Below, piece after piece: positions 54,887 to 64,000 of a DNA stretch of 64,000 bases. A program made the translations under genes and the position numbers. Source of the stretch: the human T2T-CHM13v2.0 reference genome, Homo sapiens; the NCBI RefSeq assembly GCF_009914755.1, contig NC_060939.1. The stretch is one strand, 5' to 3'. The notes below the pieces were generated by a model that was not told the DNA's origin, ran no database searches, and saw nothing but the letters and a program-made list of their open reading frames with translations. Numbering within the stretch: the stretch's first letter is position 1; each line of letters opens with the position of its first letter.

Positions 54887-57800
54887 TGTTCAACTAGGTG
54901 ACTTGAATGCAAACATCACAAAGCAGTTTCTGAGAATGCTGCTGTCTACTTTCTATTTGTAATCCCGTTTCCAACGAAATCCTCAGAACTATCGAAATTT
55001 CCAATTGCAGATTCCACAGAAACAGGGTTTCAAAGCTGCTCTGTAAAAAGAAAGGTTCAACTCTGTTAGTTGAATACACACGTCACAAACAAGTTTCTGA
55101 GAATGCTTCTGTGTAGTTTTTATGGGAAGATATTTCCTTTTTCACCGTAGGCCTCAAAGCGCTCCAAATGTCCACTTCCACATACTACAAAAAGAGTGTT
55201 TCAAACCTGCTCTATGATAGGGAATGTTGAAACCTATGAGTTGAATGCAAGCATTACAAAGAGGTTTCTGAGAATGCTTCTGTCTACATTTTATATGTAG
55301 ATATTCCCGTTTCCAACGAAATCCTCAAAGCTATCCAAATATCAACTTGCAGATTCTACAAAAGGAATGTTTCCAAAATGCTGTATCCAAACAAAGGTTC
55401 AACTCTGTGAATTGAGGGCATACATCACAAAGAAGATTCTGAGAATGCTTCTGTCTAGATTTTATATGAAAATATTCCCGTTTCCAACGAAATCCTCAAA
55501 GCTATCCAAATATCCACTTGCAAATGCCACAAAAAGAGTGTTTCCAAACTGCTCTGTGAAAAGGAAGGTTCAACTCTGTTAGTTGAGTACACACATCACA
55601 AAGAGGTTTCTGAGAATGCTGCTGACTAGTTTTTATTTGAAGATATTTCCCTTTTCACCTTAGGCCTAAGAGTGCTCGAAATGTCCATTTCCACATACTC
55701 CACAAAGTGTGTTTCAAACGTGCTGTATGAAAGGGAATGTTCAACTCTATGAGTTGAATGCAAACATCACAAAGAAGACTCTGAGAATGCTTTTGTCTAG
55801 ATTTTATATGAAGATATTCCCGTGTCCAACGAAATTTTCAAAGGTCTCCAAATACCCATTTGTAGATTCTACAAAAAGAGTGTTTCCAAACTGCTGTATC
55901 AAAACAAAGGTTGAACTCTGTGAGTTGAGGACACACATCACAAATAAGTTTCTGAGAATGCTTCTGTCTAGTTTTTATTTGAAGATGTTTCCTTTTTCAC
56001 CATAGGCCTGAAAGCGCTCGAAATGTCCACTTCCAGATAGTACAGAAAGAGTGTTTCAAACCTGCTCTATGAACGGGAATGTTCAGCTCTGTGAGTTGAA
56101 TGCAAACATCACAAAGCAGGTTCCGAGAATGCTTCCGTCTAGATTTTAAATGAGGATATTCCCGTTTCCAACGAAATCCTCGAAGCTATCCAAATATCCA
56201 CTTGCAGATTCCACAAAAAGAGTGTTTCAAAACTGCTCTGTCAAAAGATAGGTTCAACTCTGTTAGTTGAGTACACACATGGCAAACAAGATTCCGAGAA
56301 TGCTTTCGTCTAGTTTTTTTGGGAAGATATTTCCTTCTTCACCATAGGCCTCAAAGCGCTCCAAATATCCATTTCCACATGCTATACAAAGAGTGTCTCA
56401 AACCTGCTGTATGAATGGGAATGTTCAACTCTATGAGTTGAATGCAAACATCACAAAGAAGTTTCTGAGAATGCTGCTGTCTAGATTTTATATGAAGGTT
56501 TTCCCGCTTCCAACGAAATTTTCAATGCTCTCAAAATATCCTCTTGTAGATTCTACAAAAAGAGTGTTTCCAAACTGCTGTATCAAAACAAAGGTTCATC
56601 TCTGTTAGTTGAGGACACACATCACAAATAAGTTTCTGAGAATGCTTCTGTCTAGTTCTTATTTGAAGACATTTCCTTTCTCACCTTAGGCCTGAAAGCG
56701 CTCGAAATACCCACTTCCAGATACTACAGAAACAGTGATTCAAACCTGCTCTATGAAAGGGAATGTTCAACTATGTGACTTGAATGCAAACATCACAAAG
56801 CAGTTTCTGAGAATGCTGCTGTCTACTTTCTATTTGTAATCCCGTTTCCAACGAAATCCTCAGAACTATCGAAATTTCCAATTGCAGATTCCACAGAAAC
56901 AGGGTTTCAAAGCTGCTCTGTAAAAAGAAAGGTTCAACTCTGTTAGTTGAATACACACGTCACAAACAAGTTTCTGAGAATGCTTCTGTCTAGTTTTTAT
57001 GGGAAGATATTTCCTTTTTCACCGTAGGCCTCAAAGCGCTCCAAATGTCCACTTCCACATACTACAAAAAGAGTGTTTCAAACCTGCTGTATGAAAGGGA
57101 ATGTTCAACTCTATGAGTTGAATGCAAACATTACAAAGAAGTTTCTGAGAATGCTTCTGTCTAGATTTTATATGAAGGTTTTCCCGTTTCCAACGAAATT
57201 TTCAATGCTCTCAAAATATCCACTTGTAGATTCTACAAAAAGAGTGTTTCCAAACTGCTGTGTCAAAAGAAAGGTTCAACTCTGTTAGTTGAGGACACAC
57301 ATCACAAATAAGTTTCTGAGAATGCTTCTGTCTAGTTCTTATTTGAAGACATTTCCTTTCTCACCTTAGGCCTGAAAACGCTCGAAATATCCACTTCCAG
57401 ATACGACAGAAACAGTGATTCAAACCTGCTCTATGAAAGGGAATGTTCAACTAGGTGACTTGAATGCAAACATCACAAAGCAGTTTCTGAGAATGCTGCT
57501 GTCTACTTTCTATTTGTAATCCCGTTTCCAACGAAATCCTCAGAACTATCGAAATTTCCAATTGCAGATTCCACAAAAAGCGTGTTTCAAAGCTGCTCTG
57601 TAGAAAGAAAGGTTCAACTCTGTTAGTTGAATACACACGTCACAAACAAGTTTCTGAGAATGCTTCTGTCTAGTTTTTATGGGAAGATATTTCCTTTTTC
57701 ACCGTAGGCCTCAAAGCGCTCCAAATGTCCACTTCCACATACTACAAAAAGAGTGTTTCAAACCTGCTGTATGAAAGGGAATGTTCAACTCTATGAGTTG

Positions 57801-58123
57801 AATGCAAACATTACAAAGAAGTTTCTGAGAATGCTTCTGTCTAGATTTTATATGAAGGTTTTCCCGTTTCCAACGAAATTTTCAATGCTCTCAAAATATC
57901 CACTTGTAGATTCTACAAAAAGAGTGTTTCCAAACTGCTGTGTCAAAAGAAAGGTTCAACTCTGTTAGTTGAGGACACACATCACAAATAAGTTTCTGAG
58001 AATGCTTCTGTCTAGTTCTTATTTGAAGACATTTCCTTTCTCACCTTAGGCCTGAAAACGCTCGAAATATCCACTTCCAGATACGACAGAAACAGTGATT
58101 CAAACCTGCTCTATGAAAGGGAA
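54887..58123 (-). repeat. 19-mer HOR variant (3237 bp) with three tandem 4-mer copies
   Basis: Landmark spacing 55367->58604 is 3237 = 1877 + 2x680. The 4-mer copies start at 56393, 57073 and 57753. Confidence 0.94.
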
Positions 58124-59996
58124 TGTTCAACTAGGTGACTTGAATGCAAACATCACAAAGCAGTTTCTGAGAATGCTGCTGTCTACTTTCTATTTGTAAT
58201 CCCGTTTCCAACGAAATCCTCAGAACTATCGAAATTTCCAATTGCAGATTCCACAAAAAGCGTGTTTCAAAGCTGCTCTGTAAAAAGAAAGGTTCAACTC
58301 TGTTAGTTGAATACACACGTCACAAACAAGTTTCTGAGAATGCTTCTGTCTAGTTTTTATGGGAAGATATTTCCTTTTTCACCGTAGGCCTCAAAGCGCT
58401 CCAAATGTCCACTTCCACATACTACAAAAAGAGTGTTTCAAACCTGCTCTATGATAGGGAATGTTGAAACCTATGAGTTGAATGCAAGCATTACAAAGAG
58501 GTTTCTGAGAATGCTTCTGTCTACATTTTATATGTAGATATTCCCGTTTCCAACGAAATCCTCAAAGCTATCCAAATATCAACTTGCAGATTCTACAAAA
58601 GGAATGTTTCCAAAATGCTGTATCCAAACAAAGGTTCAACTCTGTGAATTGAGGACATACATCACAAAGAAGATTCTGAGAATGCTTCTGTCTAGATTTT
58701 ATATGAAAATATTCCCGTTTCCAACGAAATCCTCAAAGCTATCCAAATATCCACTTGCAAATGCCACAAAAAGAGTGTTTCCAAACTGCTCTGTGAAAAG
58801 GAAGGTTCAACTCTGTTAGTTGAGTACACACATCACAAAGAGGTTTCTGAGAATGCTGCTGACTAGTTTTTATTTGAAGATATTTCCCTTTTCACCTTAG
58901 GCCTAAGAGTGCTCGAAATGTCCATTTCCACATACTCCACAATGTGTGTTTCAAACGTGCTGTATGAAAGGGAATGTTCAACTCTATGAGTTGATTGCAA
59001 ACATCACAAAGAAGATTCTGAGAATGCTTTTGTCTAGATTTTATATGAAGATATTCCCGTGTCCAACGAAATTTTCAAAGGTCTCCAAATACCCATTTGT
59101 AGATTCTACAAAAAGAGTGTTTCCAAACTGCTGTATCAAAACAAAGGTTGAACTCTGTGAGTTGAGGACACACATCACAAATAAGTTTCTGAGAATGCTT
59201 CTGTCTAGTTTTTATTTGAAGATGTTTCCTTTTTCACCATAGGCCTGAAAGCGCTCGAAATGTCCACTTCCAGATAGTACAGAGTGTTTCAAACCTGCTC
59301 TATGAACGGGAATGTTCAGCTCTGTGAGTTGAATGCAAACATCACAAAGCAGGTTCTGAGAATGCTTCCGTCTAGATTTTAAATGAGGATATTCCCGTTT
59401 CCAACGAAATCCTCGAAGCTATCCAAATATCCACTTGCAGATTCCACAAAAAGAGTGTTTCAAAACTGCTCTGTCAAAAGATAGGTTCAACTCTGTTAGT
59501 TGAGTACACACATGGCAAACAAGATTCCGAGAATGCTTTCGTCTAGTTTTTTTGGGAAGATATTTCCTTCTTCACCATAGGCCTCAAAGCGCTCCAAATA
59601 TCCATTTCCACATGCTATACAAAGAGTGTCTCAAACCTGCTGTACGAATGGGAATGTTCAACTCTATGAGTTGAATGCAAACATCACAAAGAAGTTTCTG
59701 AGAATGCTGCTGTCTAGATTTTATATGAAGGTTTTCCCGCTTCCAACGAAATTTTCAATGCTCTCAAAATATCCTCTTGTAGATTCTACAAAAAGAGTGT
59801 TTCCAAACTGCTGTATCAAAACAAAGGTTCATCTCTGTTAGTTGAGGACACACATCACAAATAAGTTTCTGAGAATGCTTCTGTCTAGTTCTTATTTGAA
59901 GACATTTCCTTTCTCACCTTAGGCCTGAAAACGCTCGAAATATCCACTTCCAGATACGACAGAAACAGTGATTCAAACCTGCTCTATGAAAGGGAA
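58124..59996 (-). repeat. 11-mer HOR variant carrying the 4-bp deletion (1873 bp)
   Basis: Landmark spacing 58604->60477 is 1873. The sequence reads gatagtacagagtgttt at ~59273-59289 instead of gatagtacagaaagagtgttt. Confidence 0.93.
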
Positions 59997-62900
59997 TGTT
60001 CAACTAGGTGACTTGAATGCAAACATCACAAAGCAGTTTCTGAGAATGCTGCTGTCTACTTTCTATTTGTAATCCCGTTTCCAACGAAATCCTCAGAACT
60101 ATCGAAATTTCCAATTGCAGATTCCACAAAAAGCGTGTTTCAAAGCTGCTCTGTAAAAAGAAAGGTTCAACTCTGTTAGTTGAATACACACGTCACAAAC
60201 AAGTTTCTGAGAATGCTTCTGTCTAGTTTTTATGGGAAGATATTTCCTTTTTCACCGTAGGCCTCAAAGCGCTCCAAATGTCCACTTCCACATACTACAA
60301 AAAGAGTGTTTCAAACCTGCTCTATGATAGGGAATGTTGAAACCTATGAGTTGAATGCAAGCATTACAAAGAGGTTTCTGAGAATGCTTCTGTCTAGATT
60401 TTATATGTAGATATTCCCGTTTCCAACGAAATCCTCAAAGCTATCCAAATATCAACTTGCAGATTCTACAAAAGGAATGTTTCCAAAATGCTGTATCCAA
60501 ACAAAGGTTCAACTCTGTGAATTGAGGGCATACATCACAAAGAAGATTCTGAGAATGCTTCTGTCTAGATTTTATATGAAAATATTCCCGTTTCCAACGA
60601 AATCCTCAAAGCTATCCAAATATCCACTCGCAAATGCCACAAAAAGAGTGTTTCCAAACTGCTCTGTGAAAAGGAAGGTTCAACTCTGTTAGTTGAGTAC
60701 ACACATCACAAAGAGGTTTCTGAGAATGCTGCTGACTAGTTTTTATTTGAAGATATTTCCCTTTTCACCTTAGGCCTAAGAGTGCTCGAAATGTCCATTT
60801 CCACATACTCCACAAAGTGTGTTTCAAACGTGCTGTATGAAAGGGAATGTTCAACTCTATGAGTTGAATGCAAACATCACAAAGAAGACTCTGAGAATGC
60901 TTTTGTCTAGATTTTATATGAAGATATTCCCGTGTCCAACGAAATTTTCAAAGGTCTCCAAATATCCATTTGTAGATTCTACAAAAAGAGTGTTTCCAAA
61001 CTGCTGTATCAAAACAAAGGTTGAACTCTGTGAGTTGAGGACACACATCACAAATAAGTTTCTGAGAATGCTTCTGTCTAGTTTTTATTTGAAGATGTTT
61101 CCTTTTTCACCATAGGCCTGAAAGCGCTCGAAATGTCCCCTTCCAGATAGTACAGAAAGAGTGTTTCAAACCTGCTCTATGAACGGGAATGTTCAGCTCT
61201 GTGAGTTGAATGCAAACATCACAAAGCAGGTTCCGAGAATGCTTCCGTCTAGATTTTAAATGAGGATATTCCCGTTTCCAACGAAATCCTCGAAACTATC
61301 CAAATATCCACTTGCAGATTCCACAAAAAGAGTGTTTCAAAACTGCTCTGTCAAAAGATAGGTTCAACTCTGTTAGTTGAGTACACACATGGCAAACAAG
61401 ATTCCGAGAATGCTTTCGTCTAGTTTTTTTGGGAAGATATTTCCTTCTTCACCATAGGCCTCAAAGCGCTCCAAATATCCATTTCCACATGCTATACAAA
61501 GAGTGTCTCAAACCTGCTGTATGAATGGGAATGTTCAACTCTATGAGTTGAATGCAAACATCACAAAGAAGTTTCTGAGAATGCTGCTGTCTAGATTTTA
61601 TATGAAGGTTTTCCCGCTTCCAACGAAATTTTCAATGCTCTCAAAATATCCTCTTGTAGATTCTACAAAAAGAGTGTTTCCAAACTGCTGTATCAAAACA
61701 AAGGTTCATCTCTGTTAGTTGAGGACACACATCACAAATAAGTTTCTGAGAATGCTTCTCTCTAGTTCTTATTTGAAGACATTTCCTTTCTCACCTTAGG
61801 CCTGAAAACGCTCGAAATATCCACTTCCAGATACGACAGAAACTGTGATTCAAACCTGCTCTATGAAAGGGAATGTTCAACTAGGTGACTTGAATGCAAA
61901 CATCACAAAGCAGTTTCTGAGAATGCTGCTGTCTACTTTCTATTTGTAATCCCGTTTCCAACGAAATCCTCAGAACTATCGAAATTTCCAATTGCAGATT
62001 CCACAAAAAGCGTGTTTCAAAGCTGCTCTGTAGAAAGAAAGGTTCAACTCTGTTAGTTGAATACACACGTCACAAACAAGTTTCTGAGAATGCTTCTGTC
62101 TAGTTTTTATGGGAAGATATTTCCTTTTTCACCGTAGGCCTCAAAGCGCTCCAAATGTCCACTTCCACATACTACAAAAAGAGTGTTTCAAACCTGCTGT
62201 ATGAAAGGGAATGTTCAACTCTATGAGTTGAATGCAAACATTACAAAGAAGTTTCTGAGAATGCTTCTGTCTAGATTTTATATGAAGGTTTTCCCGTTTC
62301 CAACGAAATTTTCAATGCTCTCAAAATATCCACTTGTAGATTCTACAAAAAGAGTGTTTCCAAACTGCTGTGTCAAAAGAAAGGTTCAACTCTGTTAGTT
62401 GAGGACACACATCACAAATAAGTTTCTGAGAATGCTTCTGTCTAGTTCTTATTTGAAGACATTTCCTTTCTCACCTTAGGCCTGAAAACGCTCGAAATAT
62501 CCACTTCCAGATACGACAGAAACAGTGATTCAAACCTGCTCTATGAAAGGGAATGTTCAACTAGGTGACTTGAATGCAAACATCACAAAGCAGTTTCTGA
62601 GAATGCTGCTGTCTACTTTCTATTTGTAATCCCGTTTCCAACGAAATCGTCAGAACTATCGAAATTTCCAATTGCAGATTCCACAAAAAGCGTGTTTCAA
62701 AGCTGCTCTGTAAAAAGAAAGGTTCAACTCTGTTAGTTGAATACACACGTCACAAACAAGTTTCTGAGAATGCTTCTGTCTAGTTTTTATGGGAAGATAT
62801 TTCCTTTTTCACCGTAGGCCTCAAAGCGCTCCAAATGTCCACTTCCACATACTACAAAAAGAGTGTTTCAAACCTGCTCTATGATAGGGAATGTTGAAAC

Positions 62901-64000
62901 CTATGAGTTGAATGCAAGCATTACAAAGAGGTTTCTGAGAATGCTTCTGTCTAGATTTTATATGTAGATATTCCCGTTTCCAACGAAATCCTCAAAGCTA
63001 TCCAAATATCAACTTGCAGATTCTACAAAAGGAATGTTTCCAAAATGCTGTATCCAAACAAAGGTTCAACTCTGTGAATTGAGGGCATACATCACAAAGA
63101 AGATTCTGAGAATGCTTCTGTCTAGATTTTATATGAAAATATTCCCGTTTCCAACGAAATCCTCAAAGCTATCCAAATATCCACTTGCAAATGCCACAAA
63201 AAGAGTGTTTCCAAACTGCTCTGTGAAAAGGAAGGTTCAACTCTGTTAGTTGAGTACACACATCACAAAGAGGTTTCTGAGAATGCTGCTGACTAGTTTT
63301 TATTTGAAGATATTTCCCTTTTCACCTTAGGCCTAAGAGTGCTCGAAATGTCCATTTCCACATACTCCACAAAGTGTGTTTCAAACGTGCTGTATGAAAG
63401 GGAATGTTCAACTCTATGAGTTGAATGCAAACATCACAAAGAAGACTCTGAGAATGCTTTTGTCTAGATTTTATATGAAGATATTCCCGTGTCCAACGAA
63501 ATTTTCAAAGGTCTCCAAATATCCATTTGTAGATTCTACAAAAAGAGTGTTTCCAAACTGCTGTATCAAAACAAAGGTTGAACTCTGTGAGTTGAGGACA
63601 CACATCACAAATAAGTTTCTGAGAATGCTTCTGTCTAGTTTTTATTTGAAGATGTTTCCTTTTTCACCATAGGCCTGAAAGCGCTCGAAATGTCCCCTTC
63701 CAGATAGTACAGAAAGAGTGTTTCAAACCTGCTCTATGAACGGGAATGTTCAGCTCTGTGAGTTGAATGCAAACATCACAAAGCAGGTTCCGAGAATGCT
63801 TCCGTCTAGATTTTAAATGAGGATATTCCCGTTTCCAACGAAATCCTCGAAGCTATCCAAATATCCACTTGCAGATTCCACAAAAAGAGTGTTTCAAAAC
63901 TGCTCTGTCAAAAGATAGGTTCAACTCTGTTAGTTGAGTACACACATGGCAAACAAGATTCCGAGAATGCTTTCGTCTAGTTTTTGGGAAGATATTTCCT
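59997..64000 (-). repeat. One full 15-mer (59997-62553) plus a partial HOR unit running off the window end
   Basis: Landmark spacing 60477->63034 is 2557. Confidence 0.93.

Larger units (their letters stand above)
1..64000 (-). repeat. Alpha-satellite higher-order repeat array of live-centromere type; probably human SF2, best guess D15Z3/S2C15H1L (chr15)
   Basis: ~171-bp monomers with typical alphoid motifs (tttctgagaatgcttctgtctag, ggttcaactctgtgagttgaatgca, aaaagagtgtttcaaa) run throughout. CENP-B-box and pJalpha-type monomers mostly alternate, and near-identical units recur every 2557 bp. Alpha-satellite identity is secure. The chromosome assignment (about 0.6) rests on the recalled 11/15-mer structure. 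Confidence 0.99.

Noticed and set aside
8-63672. About 120 short ORFs (61-98 aa) repeated in a fixed, operon-like order
   Set aside because: They are chance open frames in alpha-satellite monomers and recur only because the DNA repeats. Many start at GTG, they resemble each other through monomer homology, they show no recognisable domain, and single substitutions freely extend or truncate them (2187-2483 extended; the 34915 copy stopped by TGA at ~35083).
1-64000. CRISPR-like or other repeat-spacer system
   Set aside because: There are no unique spacers and no cas genes. All sequence between conserved motifs is homologous monomer DNA.
1-64000. Transposon insertion (L1, Alu), inversion or non-satellite island
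   Set aside because: All landmark spacings are fully explained by 1877 + n x 680 (minus 4), leaving no room for inserts. Every CENP-B box seen is on the same strand.
1-64000. Assignment to other arrays with 11-mer or 15-mer units (D8Z2, D9Z4, D13Z1/D21Z1, D1Z5)
   Set aside because: Not formally excluded. As I recall them, their variant series (7-mers in chr8, 9 and 13; pentameric SF3 pattern in D1Z5) fit less well than D15Z3. An HMM or BLAST search against T2T-CHM13 would decide.
1-64000. A previously undescribed biological system
   Set aside because: Everything visible is explained by a known repeat class and its normal turnover. Nothing in the sequence supports a new system.

Overview
The whole 64 kb window is primate, almost certainly human, centromeric alpha-satellite DNA. 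It is an uninterrupted head-to-tail array of ~171-bp monomers in one orientation, with CENP-B boxes reading YTTCGTTGGAARCGGGA on the minus strand. The monomers form a highly homogeneous higher-order repeat (HOR). The dominant unit is a 2557-bp 15-mer, built from an 1877-bp 11-mer plus an internally duplicated 680-bp 4-mer. Spacing of repeated landmarks gives 25 complete units: 21 15-mers (two of 2553 bp), three 11-mers (one of 1873 bp) and one 3237-bp 19-mer, plus a partial unit at the end. The 11/15-mer layout best fits the chromosome 15 live array D15Z3 (S2C15H1L, suprachromosomal family 2). That assignment is recalled rather than computed and needs an alignment. I found no protein-coding genes, RNA genes, transposons, inversions or CRISPR arrays, and the listed ORFs are artefacts of the repeat. 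I found no evidence of a new biological system. The real signal is array evolution: two interleaved HOR haplotypes, a variant block repeated 30,680 bp apart, a hybrid 19-mer at a haplotype junction, local duplications, and three inactivated CENP-B boxes among about 200. All variants were read by eye, so some may be missed.
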